Assembly: GCA_050010515.1 (NCBI GenBank)
Contig: JBEKKX010000004.1
Span: 21,199-85,198 of the forward strand
DNA: 64,000 bases
Origin: Candidatus Bathyarchaeia archaeon
Lineage (GTDB): Archaea > Thermoproteota > Bathyarchaeia > Bathyarchaeales > Bathycorpusculaceae
Reading direction: 5' to 3'
Shown here: piece after piece, positions 40,411 to 50,609 of the stretch
Layout of the letters: each line of letters opens with the position of its first letter
Numbering within the stretch: position 1 is the stretch's first letter
Translations under genes and position numbers: made by a program
The notes under the pieces: generated by a model
The model's database searches: none
The model's input: only the letters and a program-made list of their open reading frames with translations
What the model was told of the DNA's origin: nothing

Positions 40411-40855
40411 ACTCAAAAGAGAAGGTAAACTACAGCTAGTTCCACCAAGCGAAACGATAAAAGATTCCTACTTGAAAAAATCTGAAAGCAATCTTGCCTC
40501 CGCGAAAATCCTTCTAGAAAATGAGCGGCTTGAGGAATCCGTTTCTCTAGCATACTACAGCATGTACAATATGCTAACTGCGATTCTCTTTCAGGTCGGG
40601 ATAAAATGCGAGAACCATACAGCAAGTATAATTTTGCTTAATGCTCTTTTCGGTATAGACAACAACAGCATATCTTCCGCAAAGGAAGAGAGAATTGACA
40701 AGCAATATTACGTAGATTTTAACGTAACGAGGAAAGACACTGTCGAATTGATAGAGACCGCAGAAGAGTTCAACAAGAACCTTTTCGATTTCTCATCAAA
40801 AATGAATAGTCAGAAAATAAAGGATTACAGAGAGCGGTTTCTGCAGTTAGTTTGA
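40385..40855 (+). CDS. HEPN-domain protein (toxin partner)
   Basis: AYYSMYN, ENH and ERIDKQYY (Rx4Y-type HEPN) motifs; overlaps the MNT gene. Confidence 0.85.
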   Translation: MKKISFLSKLKREGKLQLVPPSETIKDSYLKKSESNLASAKILLENERLEESVSLAYYSMYNMLTAILFQVGIKCENHTASIILLNALFGIDNNSISSAKEERIDKQYYVDFNVTRKDTVELIETAEEFNKNLFDFSSKMNSQKIKDYRERFLQLV

Positions 40856-41060
40856 AATTAAGCACCGTTCATTTCTGATAATGAACATCACGCCTTATTG
40901 TGCTGCCCTCTTAAAGGGTTTTCTTCTTCATTAAGTTAAGTCCAACCACTTGTTGAGCAAGCACGCGGTGTTCATCAAGATTTTAGGCTCATAGTCTTAA
41001 GCCAAAACGTCACAATAAGCTTGAACCGAAGCATTTAGTCATCTTTGCAAGCGAATCGAA

Positions 41061-41684
41061 TTATCGTTGGACCACGTTCCTAAAGAAATTCTCGATAACT
41101 TTGTGCCCTTCAGGGCGTGATTCACTTTTTACGTTTATTCGCTCGGGATGAAATTGAACGCCGTAAAATGGTTTACTTTTGTGTTTAACGGCTTCTACTT
41201 CGCATGAAGCAGAATCTGCAAGTAACACCATGCCAGCCTGGTCAAGACTTTCTTTTAAGACATAATCGTAGTGTGACTCAGATAGCGGTATCGTGTCCTG
41301 TTTGGCAAAGCCTGCAAATATTTCGTCAACGTCAACTACCCGAACTTTTTCAAACTGGTCAAAAACTGGTTGAGGAAGTGACCCTACTTTAGCGTCAAAT
41401 GCCCAACAAAGCAGTTGATGACCATAGCAAATACCCAGTATGGGTAAGTTACAGGTTTTTATCAAATTAACAACTCCTTCGAACATATGTCTGTCTGAAG
41501 GATTGACTATTCTAGCTGCAGACCCACTTATGACAACACAGTCTACGTCCTTCTCAACGTGGTAGCCCTCATCGATACCTCTGAATTGGATAACGGTGTA
41601 ATCACTAAATTTTCTAACGGCTTCAAGTAAAGCCTCGTTTGTCGTGGCTTTCAGAGAACAGTTCACAAGCAACGATTTAGTCAT
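41061..41684 (-). CDS. Class I glutamine amidotransferase (GMP synthase subunit A-like)
   Basis: ISGS, GICYGHQ and QFHPE catalytic-triad motifs. Confidence 0.85.
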   Translation of the reverse strand: MTKSLLVNCSLKATTNEALLEAVRKFSDYTVIQFRGIDEGYHVEKDVDCVVISGSAARIVNPSDRHMFEGVVNLIKTCNLPILGICYGHQLLCWAFDAKVGSLPQPVFDQFEKVRVVDVDEIFAGFAKQDTIPLSESHYDYVLKESLDQAGMVLLADSASCEVEAVKHKSKPFYGVQFHPERINVKSESRPEGHKVIENFFRNVVQR

Positions 41685-41693
41685 CTGAAGTCC

Positions 41694-42569
41694 TTATTCC
41701 TCTGTTGCTTCAAGCATTCGGTACATGGCTTCATAGGATTTGGCGAAGTCGGGATCAACCTTAAGGAGTTTCGCTTTGAGCTGCGCCATCCTGTCGACTA
41801 TTGCCTGCGGGTTTTTCTGCTTGATTAAATCAAGCCACTCCTGTGCTTTGGCGATGTAGAGGTCTTCGATTTTTCCCATTTCTGGCAGGTTCATCTGCAG
41901 GTTAGCGTACAGGTCGGGAGTTTCAAGCGCGGTCGCTTCCGCCAAGGTGAACAGCATACGGTAAGTCGTACCTGCAACTTGCTTCGTTTCTGAGAAATCC
42001 TTTTGTCCCAAGAGAGTTTCACAGGCGACGAGACCCAAGAAGTGGGGCAGTCCAAGAACTATGGACATGAGTTCGTCATGTTTTTTAGGGGTCATAATGA
42101 AGACGCGGGCTTCTTCTTCTTCCAGCCAACTCTTGAAATCCTCAGCAAATTTCTCCTCGGCTGCGTTCGTCGGAGTTAGCACATAGGCTTTGTGTTTGAC
42201 GCCCTTGCTGCCTGGCCCGAAAACTGGATGCGTGCCCAAGACCAAGCCGTGTTTGATGTTCTCATGCATAACTTTGACGGGGAACTCCTTGATGGAGCAG
42301 ATGTCCATAACAGCCTGCCCATCATGTACGCTGGAACCTATTTTTTTGACAACCTCTTCGAAGCTGCTAATGGAAACGCATATCATAATTCTGTCTGCCG
42401 CTTTGACAGCTTCTGTGAAATCAGCGGTGGTTTTAACGCCAAACTCCTTGCCCAGTCGTGATAGCTTTTCCTTTTTCCTGTCCGCTAAGATTACGTTATC
42501 ACCTTTCTCCTTGCAGAACTTCGCGAACCAGACACCCATTTTTCCCGCGCCGAGAATCGCGGTTTTCAT
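41694..42569 (-). CDS. tyrA: Prephenate dehydrogenase
   Basis: GAGKMG, DICSIK, HPVFGP and HDELMS..LGLPH motifs. Confidence 0.92.
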   Translation of the reverse strand: MKTAILGAGKMGVWFAKFCKEKGDNVILADRKKEKLSRLGKEFGVKTTADFTEAVKAADRIMICVSISSFEEVVKKIGSSVHDGQAVMDICSIKEFPVKVMHENIKHGLVLGTHPVFGPGSKGVKHKAYVLTPTNAAEEKFAEDFKSWLEEEEARVFIMTPKKHDELMSIVLGLPHFLGLVACETLLGQKDFSETKQVAGTTYRMLFTLAEATALETPDLYANLQMNLPEMGKIEDLYIAKAQEWLDLIKQKNPQAIVDRMAQLKAKLLKVDPDFAKSYEAMYRMLEATEE

Positions 42570-43645
42570 TCCAAAGCCTCATATATTATATCGAGACCAG
42601 TTTTGATTTCGTCTCTGGGCGCCGTTAAGGAAATGCGGAAGTGTTCTTTGTAATCGCCGAACGAGGTGCCTGGAGCCACTGCCACACCCTTGTCAAGCAA
42701 GTCTAAGGTGAATTTTTCGGAGTTTAAGCCTGGATGCTTGGGGAAAACGTAGAATGGCGCTTCGGGTTTTGTGAATGAGAGCCCTGCTTTGGCTAAGGTT
42801 TTGGTTGCCATTTTTGCTCGTTCTTGGTATTCTTCTTTTATTTTTGTGGAGAGTTGCTTTTGCATTTCCAGCGCTTTTAATGCGGCTTCCTGTATGAATA
42901 CTGGGACGTTGTTTATGGTGATTTGGTTGAGTTTAGTTATGTTGTCGACGAGCTGTTTGTTCGCTATGATGTAGCCGATTCGCCAGCCTGTCATGGTGAA
43001 TGTTTTGGAGAAGCCGTTGGATAGAATATGGTTGTGGTTGCCGTTATACTCTAGAATGCTTTTTGCTTTAACGAAACTGATTGTGCCATAAACCTCATCG
43101 GACAGTATTGTAACGCCCTTCCTGTTGGCTATTTCCACTATGCCGTCAAGTGTTTCAGCATCCATGACTTTGCTTGTTGGATTATTAGGATTGTTGAGGA
43201 TTATCATGCGTGTGTTCTTGTCAATCATCGCTTCAAGCTTGCCTAAATCTACTTTCCAGCCGTCTTCCATCTCTGTCCTTAACAGTTTAGTTTGAGCACC
43301 AAGGCTCTTAGCGATTAAATCGTAAGCTGTCCAGTAAGGCGTCGGGATAATTACGTTTCCTCCAGCCTTCATCATGAGATACATGGTGGCGAATATGCCC
43401 CATTTTGAACCAAGCGTAATAACCACATTTTCAGCTTTAACTCCATGGAGTTCAGCGAGCCTTTCTCTAAGGTTGGTCTCGCCGTAAGAGGAAGAATATT
43501 TTGTTTTACCCGCCTTCATCGCTGCGTATGCCGCTTCAATTATCTCGTTGGGCGTAGCTAAGTCTGGGTCGCCTAGGTTTAAGCGTATTATCTTTTTTCC
43601 TTCACTTTCGAGCCTTATGGCTTTCTCGTTTATTTCATAGAGCAC
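42566..43645 (-). CDS. Class I/II (aspartate/aromatic) aminotransferase
   Basis: NNPNNPT, SDEVY and FSKTFTMTGWRIG motifs. Confidence 0.92.
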   Translation of the reverse strand: MLYEINEKAIRLESEGKKIIRLNLGDPDLATPNEIIEAAYAAMKAGKTKYSSSYGETNLRERLAELHGVKAENVVITLGSKWGIFATMYLMMKAGGNVIIPTPYWTAYDLIAKSLGAQTKLLRTEMEDGWKVDLGKLEAMIDKNTRMIILNNPNNPTSKVMDAETLDGIVEIANRKGVTILSDEVYGTISFVKAKSILEYNGNHNHILSNGFSKTFTMTGWRIGYIIANKQLVDNITKLNQITINNVPVFIQEAALKALEMQKQLSTKIKEEYQERAKMATKTLAKAGLSFTKPEAPFYVFPKHPGLNSEKFTLDLLDKGVAVAPGTSFGDYKEHFRISLTAPRDEIKTGLDIIYEALE

Positions 43646-43673
43646 AGGATTAACTCTCCGTTAAGAGATCTTT

Positions 43674-43934
43674 CTACTCTTGAACAGCACTGCACATATT
43701 AACTATTTCGCGGTAAACTGCTTCAACTTGAAAGGGATCAAGATGAAATTCAACCGCTTTTTCTTTAACACGTTTGTAGATTTCATTTTCTCTGAAAGTA
43801 TCCCTTATTTGCATCCCTTTCTTTTTCTTAGCTAAGCCGATAGCCTTGCATATTTTGGCTCTTTCATTTAGGGCATTTAGAATTTGTTCGTCAACTTTAT
43901 CTACTTTTTTTCTGAGCTGTTGGATTTCATCCAT
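43674..43934 (-). CDS. Chorismate mutase (AroQ type II)
   Basis: LRKKVDKVDEQI..LNER..IG..K...D..RE. Confidence 0.9.
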   Translation of the reverse strand: MDEIQQLRKKVDKVDEQILNALNERAKICKAIGLAKKKKGMQIRDTFRENEIYKRVKEKAVEFHLDPFQVEAVYREIVNMCSAVQE

Positions 43935-45043
43935 TATTTCTGTCTCTCCAAGACTTTCGGTATAAAGCCCGCGCGAATCATGTGGTCAGCTAAGGTTATG
44001 GCGACCGCAGATTCTACGGCTGGCACGGCTTTTGGGACAACACAGGGGTCATGCCTACCCTTAATGCTAATACGCGCGTCTTCCATCGTAGACAGATTAA
44101 CGGTCTTCTGTTCTTTGCCAATGGAAGGTGTTGGTTTTATTGCTACCTGCATCATGATCGGCATGCCAGTGGATATTCCGCCCAAGATTCCGCCTGCATT
44201 ATCCGTTGCGGTTGCAACTTTTCCGTTCTGCATAATGTAGGGGTCGTTGCTTTCTGAGCCCTTTAACTCTGCAACTCTAAACCCCAAGCCGAACTCTACG
44301 CCTTTTACAGCGGGAACATTAAACAACGCTTTTGCTAAATCAGCATCAAGTGAATCAAACAGTGGCTCGCCAACGCCTACTGGAACGTTTAGGGCAATGC
44401 ATTCAACTATTCCGCCAAGACTATCGCCTTCTTTTCTAGCGTCAACTATGGCTTTCTCCATGCGTTCTGCACAGGCTAAGTCTGGACACCGGGTAGCCGC
44501 TGTGTACCTGTTCTTGCGGATTTCCTGGGCACTAAACTTTTTATCACTTTTAACTTTGCCAACTGCTCTGGTATAAGCTAAAACGTCAACGTCGAATCTG
44601 CTTAGCAATTTTTTAGCTATTGCTCCAGCCATGATGAGTGCGACTGTGAGTCTGCCTGAGAAGCGTCCGCCGCCTCGGTAATCGTTAAAGCCACCATACT
44701 TTACACGTGCAGGGTAATCGGCGTGTCCTGGTCTTGGCAGGTCCTTGATTGCTTCGTAATCGCTTGAGTCAACCTCCTTATTCTCAACCATCAAAGCGAT
44801 TGGAGCACCAGTTGTAAAACCGTTAAAAACCCCTGAAAGAATTTGGGCAATGTCTTTTTCGAGTCTTCCAGAAACGATTTTCGGCTCTGCTGGAATGCGC
44901 CTATCCAGTTCCACTTGGATGTCTGCTTCAGAAAGAGGTAATCCAGCTGGACAACCGTCCACGACTGCGCCGACGTGTTTGCCGTGGCTTTCGCCGAAAG
45001 TGGTTACTGTGAATTCTTTACCTATCGAATTTCCCGCCAACAA
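43934..45043 (-). CDS. aroC: Chorismate synthase
   Basis: GESHG, PRPGHAD, GGGRFSGR and GRHDPC motifs. Confidence 0.96.
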   Translation of the reverse strand: MLAGNSIGKEFTVTTFGESHGKHVGAVVDGCPAGLPLSEADIQVELDRRIPAEPKIVSGRLEKDIAQILSGVFNGFTTGAPIALMVENKEVDSSDYEAIKDLPRPGHADYPARVKYGGFNDYRGGGRFSGRLTVALIMAGAIAKKLLSRFDVDVLAYTRAVGKVKSDKKFSAQEIRKNRYTAATRCPDLACAERMEKAIVDARKEGDSLGGIVECIALNVPVGVGEPLFDSLDADLAKALFNVPAVKGVEFGLGFRVAELKGSESNDPYIMQNGKVATATDNAGGILGGISTGMPIMMQVAIKPTPSIGKEQKTVNLSTMEDARISIKGRHDPCVVPKAVPAVESAVAITLADHMIRAGFIPKVLERQK

Positions 45044-46346
45044 TTTCAGCTCCTATTTGTCTTAAATGAGTGAAGAACTGCGGATAAGACTTTCTAACGC
45101 ACTCAGCGTTTTGAACAGTGGTTTGCCCTTCCGCGCCTAGGGCTGCAACCGCGCAAGCCATCGCAATACGGTGGTCATTATGAGGGTCAATTACTGCACC
45201 ATGCAAGGTACATGGGCCTGTTACGGTTAGGCTGCTGGAATTTGCTTCTAATTGTGCACCCATTTTCCCCAATTCGGCACTAATTGATGATAATCTATCT
45301 GATTCTTTAAGCCTGAGTCTTTGAGCGCCGGTTATTTTTGAAGAGTCCTTCGCATAACATGCAAGAACAGCACAGACTGGGAATAGGTCAGGGATGTTCT
45401 TTGCATCAACAGTCAAAGCCTCAAGCGGACTGCCGGTTCCATCTATTTCGACACTGTTCTCGCACACTTTTCCGGCGACACCCATCTGCTTGAGTATACC
45501 CAGAATCGCTTTGTCGCCTTGAGCGCTCTCATTATCAAGATCATTTACTTGCACTTTTGAGTTTGTTATGGCTGCGGCTGCAAGAAGAAATGCGGCTGAA
45601 GAGAAGTCGCCCGGTACCCTGCGGTCACAGGGCTTGTATGTTTGATTGGCTGGAATAACAATGCGCTTGAAGTTATCATAAATTTCTACCCTAACGCCAT
45701 GCGTCTCAAGAACATCGGTGGTCATTTTAACGTAATCAGCCGACTCCAAAGGCGTTGTAAGAAGGATTTCTGTGTCGACTTTTGCCATTGGACAGGCAAA
45801 CATTAAACCTGAGATAAACTGGGAACTGACGTTGCCGGCAATAGAGGTTTTGCCTCCAAGAATGCCGCCTCCTTCAACAAATACGGCATCTTTCGTTTTT
45901 TCTTTTCCGTTTTCTTGGATGTGGATTTTTTTGGTGCGAGCTTTGGCACCGAGTTCATCAAGGCTTTTAAGCAAAGGCTCGATAGGTCTGCGTTCAAGAG
46001 AACCTTTGAAAACCAAGATTGACGGGTCAGGCGCCAAGGCAGCTATGGGTATCATGAAACGCAGTGTAGCTCCAGATTCACCGCAGTCAATCGGCGCTTT
46101 AGCATTTTGAAGAGGTGTTGAACCCTTAATGTTCCAGCAATGTTCCTCAAATTTCGTTTCTGCGCCCAACGCTGTGATAGCACGTAAAGTTGCTTCTGTA
46201 TCATCGGACAGCAGAGGGTTTGACACTTTTCCCTCGCCATTTGAGAGAGCCGCGGCTATGAGCATTCGCTGAGTATAAGACTTTGATGGAGGAGCACAAA
46301 CTTCGCCGCTTAGTCGCTCGGTTTTTTTGACGATTACATCTACCAT
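45018..46346 (-). CDS. aroA: EPSP synthase
   Basis: PPSKS, ESGATLR, SSQFISGL, KESDR and DHRIAMA motifs. Confidence 0.96.
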   Translation of the reverse strand: MVDVIVKKTERLSGEVCAPPSKSYTQRMLIAAALSNGEGKVSNPLLSDDTEATLRAITALGAETKFEEHCWNIKGSTPLQNAKAPIDCGESGATLRFMIPIAALAPDPSILVFKGSLERRPIEPLLKSLDELGAKARTKKIHIQENGKEKTKDAVFVEGGGILGGKTSIAGNVSSQFISGLMFACPMAKVDTEILLTTPLESADYVKMTTDVLETHGVRVEIYDNFKRIVIPANQTYKPCDRRVPGDFSSAAFLLAAAAITNSKVQVNDLDNESAQGDKAILGILKQMGVAGKVCENSVEIDGTGSPLEALTVDAKNIPDLFPVCAVLACYAKDSSKITGAQRLRLKESDRLSSISAELGKMGAQLEANSSSLTVTGPCTLHGAVIDPHNDHRIAMACAVAALGAEGQTTVQNAECVRKSYPQFFTHLRQIGAEIVGGKFDR

Positions 46347-46349
46347 CGG

Positions 46350-47219
46350 CTAGAGCACCTTAGCTTTCTCGCGGTTCAAGCGCGCCTCTAAGACTTTGCC
46401 ATCATACTTCTGTAAAGCGGCTTTCACTGAATCAATTTTGTCCTTAGACGTGACTGCTGTTACCGCTGGTCCTTTGCCGCATAATCCAGCTGCTACTGCT
46501 CCAGCAGCTAGCGCATCAATCGCAATTGAAGTGTTGTATCCTGAGGCTGAGGAGTAAATCAAGCCGTTAAGCGTCAATGCCTCCCAAACCTTTCCCTCCA
46601 AAGCTTCCTTGTACGCAACTTCGACAAGTGGTTTCACCGTTTGCAGCCTGCGCACGTTAGAGTCGGCTGTGTACGCTTTTTCAGGCGGTACATGGAACAG
46701 CACCGTTAAGTCTTCAGCCAACGGGAACTGCTTAACTATTTCTCGGCTCAAGTTGTCAGTAATTACGATGCCGCCGAAGTATGAAGCGCAAGCGTCATCG
46801 AAAGCGCCTGTTACAGTCACTTTTGCGTCGAAAGCAGCATCTACGCCCAAATTGACGAGTTCCAAGTCGTCAAGCGTTTTGTCTAACGCCGCTGTGGCTG
46901 CTAGGGCTACTGCGTTTGCGGCTGCACTGCTGCTTTTTAATCCTTTGGCGATGGGAATGTTTGACCAAGTTTTTACTTTGGCTCCAAAACTATTATCCAA
47001 ACTGAACAGCTTGAGAACCCTCATCACGGTTTTTTCCATTAAGGCGGTATTTTCTTTGGGATCAGAAGTTATTTCTGCTTTGATAACATGAGGTTCATCT
47101 GTTAATTTTACTTCTGCTTTAGTCCACAAATCAACTCCGAATGCCGCACCTTTGCCGAATGCCATTGCGTTAACGATTGTTGCCGCGCCATGAGCTATAG
47201 CCGTAGCTTTTCCAGTCAA
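46350..47219 (-). CDS. aroK: Archaeal (GHMP) shikimate kinase
   Basis: GLKSSSA, VTGAFDDA and GKGPA motifs. Confidence 0.93.
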   Translation of the reverse strand: MTGKATAIAHGAATIVNAMAFGKGAAFGVDLWTKAEVKLTDEPHVIKAEITSDPKENTALMEKTVMRVLKLFSLDNSFGAKVKTWSNIPIAKGLKSSSAAANAVALAATAALDKTLDDLELVNLGVDAAFDAKVTVTGAFDDACASYFGGIVITDNLSREIVKQFPLAEDLTVLFHVPPEKAYTADSNVRRLQTVKPLVEVAYKEALEGKVWEALTLNGLIYSSASGYNTSIAIDALAAGAVAAGLCGKGPAVTAVTSKDKIDSVKAALQKYDGKVLEARLNREKAKVL

Positions 47220-47223
47220 CCTT

Positions 47224-48081
47224 CTACACCGTCCGCATGTGATTAAGCGCTGCCTTCCTCATAACTTCAACCGGCGCCTTGCAACCGGTCCAGATTTCAA
47301 AGGATGCAGTGCCTTGATAAATTAACATTTCAACCCCACTTACTACTTTGGCTCCTGCAGCTTTAGCGTCCTTCGCTAACTTGGTTTCAATTGGATTGTA
47401 CACTATGTCCATTACTGCCAAGTCAGGTTTGAGCCATTCGGGTGCTACAGGGGTTTGGTTGGCGTTTGGTTTCATTCCGACTGAAGTGGCGTTAATGAGC
47501 ACATCGGCATCAGCAAGGTTATCTTTGACTGCATTTGGCGAAAACTCGCCTGCGCTGATTTTTTTCTTGAACTTTTGTTTTAAGAGGTCAGCTAACTCGG
47601 CGGCTGGTTTAGGTGTACGATTCAAAATTACCAGTTCATCAGCTTCCTGCGCAAGAATGTATGCTATGGCTCTTGCGGCGCCGCCTGCTCCAAGCAACAG
47701 CACCTTTTTGCCTCTTGGCTCAACGCCGTTCTCTCTTAGAGCTTTTAGGGCTCCGATGCCGTCAGTGTTAAAGCCAAAGAGTCTTCCATCCTTGTTAAGG
47801 ATAGTATTTACTGAGCCTATGGTTTTAGAAGCTTGGTCAATTTCATCTAAGCAGTTGATGACTGTGCTTTTGTGTGGCATGGTTACGTTTAACCCGTGAA
47901 TGGTCAAGGCTCGCATTCCGCTTATGGCGTTTCCGACTTCAGCCGGTTTTACTTTGAACGCTAAAAATACGTAGTCCAGTTTCAAAGCTTCAAACGCTGC
48001 ATTATGCATGATTGGGCTTAGCGTGTGCTCTATTGGGTCACCGATTACTCCGCAAACTCGTGTTTTTCCTGAAATAACCAT
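47224..48081 (-). CDS. aroE: Shikimate dehydrogenase
   Basis: LSPIMHN, NVTMPHK, NTDG and GAGGAA motifs. Confidence 0.95.
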   Translation of the reverse strand: MVISGKTRVCGVIGDPIEHTLSPIMHNAAFEALKLDYVFLAFKVKPAEVGNAISGMRALTIHGLNVTMPHKSTVINCLDEIDQASKTIGSVNTILNKDGRLFGFNTDGIGALKALRENGVEPRGKKVLLLGAGGAARAIAYILAQEADELVILNRTPKPAAELADLLKQKFKKKISAGEFSPNAVKDNLADADVLINATSVGMKPNANQTPVAPEWLKPDLAVMDIVYNPIETKLAKDAKAAGAKVVSGVEMLIYQGTASFEIWTGCKAPVEVMRKAALNHMRTV

Positions 48082-48086
48082 CTTAT

Positions 48087-48767
48087 TTATGCCCCCAGGA
48101 GGTCGTAAGTAGCCTTCATTTCTTGAACAGTCATTTGCCCTGCCGCGGTTTCGCTACCCTGCTCAAGCGAAGCGAATGTGAAGAATGCACCAAACATTGG
48201 TGAGAGAAGCCTGGAAATCTTGCCTTGCTCACCCATGCAGAAACAGACAAGTTTAGCCTTGCTTGACATGGAAGAAACAAAATTCAGCACTGACAGGTTA
48301 TCTTCGATTTTCTTTGCAGTTGTCACTATTTTGCAGACGATGGCTCCACTGGCAATTTCTTGCTTCAGAACCGTTTCCATTTCATAAACGCTTAATGCGC
48401 CGTCGAATTTGTGGTAGGAAACGATTGGTTTAGCGCCCAATAGCTTGAGTTTGCCGATTGTTTCTTTATGTTTTGGGCTTGACAGGTCAACGTCAACATA
48501 TCCGAAGCCGTTCTTGGCAGCGTTCAGTAATGTTTGTTGCCGTTCCGTTTCTGTTCCAGCAAAAAAGCCTTTTTCACTCGAGAGCTTGTTTGTTGCGATC
48601 AACGGAATTTTTGTGCTTTTAACAAGTTCTGATAGGTTTCTGGACGCTTCAAGGCAGTCTAGCCTAACTTCTATGAGGTTTGCTTGGGCTTTTTCTGCCC
48701 TCTCGATGAGACTTAACGCTTCAAGATTATTTTTTGGGAGAATCGAGACGCAGATTCTCGCTGTCAC
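48087..48767 (-). CDS. aroD: Type I 3-dehydroquinate dehydratase
   Basis: EVRLD, SYH, CKIV, MGEQGKISR and AAGQ motifs. Confidence 0.92.
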   Translation of the reverse strand: MTARICVSILPKNNLEALSLIERAEKAQANLIEVRLDCLEASRNLSELVKSTKIPLIATNKLSSEKGFFAGTETERQQTLLNAAKNGFGYVDVDLSSPKHKETIGKLKLLGAKPIVSYHKFDGALSVYEMETVLKQEIASGAIVCKIVTTAKKIEDNLSVLNFVSSMSSKAKLVCFCMGEQGKISRLLSPMFGAFFTFASLEQGSETAAGQMTVQEMKATYDLLGA

Positions 48768-49804
48768 TTTTCTATCACCGTTTCTTCAGGCACGGATACG
48801 CCGAAGTGTCGGCCTCCTTTCGCGGCTATGTGCACTAGAACTTCATCGTTTGGTTTTAGTTCTGTTACTGGTTTTGAAGCTTTCGGCGTTACTAGTCGTA
48901 TGGTTTCCGCGTTTTGAAGTATAATCTTGATTTTTGTGTCGCCAACTTGGGCTTCGATTAGGATTAGGGGGCGAAACTCGATTTTTGACCGCCCCACGTT
49001 TGTTATTCGGGCTTTTCCTTCCCTATTAATGATTAAAACTTCGTCGCCCGCTTTCAACTCGGACAGATACCGAGTACCCTGCAGAGAAGTTAACGTGTAG
49101 TTTGACGCTGCCCCAGCGTTTACCCGAAAAGGCCTAGAATTTACGTAGGGGTTTTCATTTACTTCAGCCTCTACAAGAAAGAAGCCTGCAGATTGGCATC
49201 CAACCAGCATTCCTTCGCCCAGAACCATTAAGTCAACAGTGTCCACGCAGACTCTGGCTCCACTGCTAATAGGCTTTGTAGATACAATTTTAGCCGTTGT
49301 TAACGTTAATTTTGGGGTTTGCTCTTTAACCATTTTGGCTGTTTTTTTAAGCTCGTTGGGGTTTGAGGTTTTGAGCAGCACACCATCGGTTCCCAGTTCT
49401 AAGGCTTCAAGAACCAGTTTTGCGTCTTCAGCAGTGCCTACCTCAGCGATTAGTTTGCTTTTGCCTCTTGCCTTTGCAATTAGATTTTCAAGCGGAATTA
49501 CCCGCCAATCAAGGCAATTAATGATAACGTAGTCAACCCCGAGTTCTGCCGCTTTAACGGCTGTGTTTTCATCTTCTTTTCCCTTTATATTGATTTTGAT
49601 GGCGGTTTTTTTGCCCTCACTTTTGTCTTGGAAGATTTTTTTCTCGTTTAGTTCGGTTAGGAAGATTATGTTTAATTTGTCAGGGAAGGTACTGATTTCA
49701 GTATTTTGGATAATACCATCAGCGAATTCCTCAGATAGGCGAAGTAAAGTTTCTTTTTCTTTCGGTGAAGCAGCTTGGTCTATTTCTACCCATAGTTCTT
49801 TCAA
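48764..49804 (-). CDS. 3-dehydroquinate synthase II (AroB')
   Basis: WRVIPLENLIA, RVCVDT, RPFRVNAG and ILQNAETI motifs. Confidence 0.93.
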   Translation of the reverse strand: MKELWVEIDQAASPKEKETLLRLSEEFADGIIQNTEISTFPDKLNIIFLTELNEKKIFQDKSEGKKTAIKINIKGKEDENTAVKAAELGVDYVIINCLDWRVIPLENLIAKARGKSKLIAEVGTAEDAKLVLEALELGTDGVLLKTSNPNELKKTAKMVKEQTPKLTLTTAKIVSTKPISSGARVCVDTVDLMVLGEGMLVGCQSAGFFLVEAEVNENPYVNSRPFRVNAGAASNYTLTSLQGTRYLSELKAGDEVLIINREGKARITNVGRSKIEFRPLILIEAQVGDTKIKIILQNAETIRLVTPKASKPVTELKPNDEVLVHIAAKGGRHFGVSVPEETVIEK

Positions 49805-50592
49805 GCTTTTTCACCGAGAATTTTAAGCGCTTGCTCCACGCTAGCGCCGTCATGAACGATTGCTGAGAGCGCTTTAACTATTAAGGTTGGGTTCTCGTTT
49901 TGGAACACGTTTCGTCCAATGGAGAGTCCTGCGGCGCCAGCTTTTATTGAGTCATGGGTGGTTTGGAGGATTTCTTGGGATGTTTTGCATTTTGGTCCTC
50001 CTGCTATTATGACTGGAACGGGGCAGCTTTCGACGACTGTTTTGAAGGTGTCTATGTTGCCTGTGAAGTTTGCTTTAATTATGTCTGCGCCTAGTTCAGC
50101 GCCGATTCTTGCAGCGTGGGCTACCACGTCAGGTGCATGTTCGTTTTGTATTTTTGGTCCACGAGGGTACATCATTGCGAGTAGTGGCATGCCGTATATG
50201 TCGCATTCGTCGGCTACTTTGCCCAAGTTGCTTAGCATTTTGTCCTCGTCTTGTGCACCAACGTTCACGTGCACAGAGACCGCGTCTGCACCTAAGCGTA
50301 TAGCTTCTTGGACGGAGCATACTTGGACTTTACTGTTTATGTTTGGGCTTAGGTCTGACATGCCTGATAACTGTACTATTAAACCTACGTTTCCAGTATC
50401 AACATGCTTAGCTATGCCCTTGTGGACTAGTACGGCGTCAACTCCCCCCTTGAGGAGTTGGTTGATAATTTGTTGCATGTTAACTATTCCTTGGATTGGT
50501 CCGATTGTTACGCCGTGGTCCATGGGTACGATTACTGTGCGGTTGTCTTTTTGCATGATTCTTTTTATTCGTCGTGTTTTTCCTTCGTTCAT
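49801..50592 (-). CDS. 2-amino-3,7-dideoxy-D-threo-hept-6-ulosonate synthase (AroA', DhnA aldolase family)
   Basis: PMDHG, MMYPRG, ELGADIIK, AGG and GRNVFQ motifs; adjacent to DHQ synthase II. Confidence 0.92.
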   Translation of the reverse strand: MNEGKTRRIKRIMQKDNRTVIVPMDHGVTIGPIQGIVNMQQIINQLLKGGVDAVLVHKGIAKHVDTGNVGLIVQLSGMSDLSPNINSKVQVCSVQEAIRLGADAVSVHVNVGAQDEDKMLSNLGKVADECDIYGMPLLAMMYPRGPKIQNEHAPDVVAHAARIGAELGADIIKANFTGNIDTFKTVVESCPVPVIIAGGPKCKTSQEILQTTHDSIKAGAAGLSIGRNVFQNENPTLIVKALSAIVHDGASVEQALKILGEKA

Positions 50593-50609
50593 GTTCTATC
50601 ACCTTTTGC

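Larger units (their letters stand above)
39768..41022. repeat. 64-bp imperfect direct repeat (pheA 3' end) flanking the MNT-HEPN cassette
   Basis: 39768-39831 vs 40959-41022 are 56/64 identical, with a 26-bp perfect core GTGTTCATCAAGATTTTAGGCTCATA. Confidence 0.9.
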
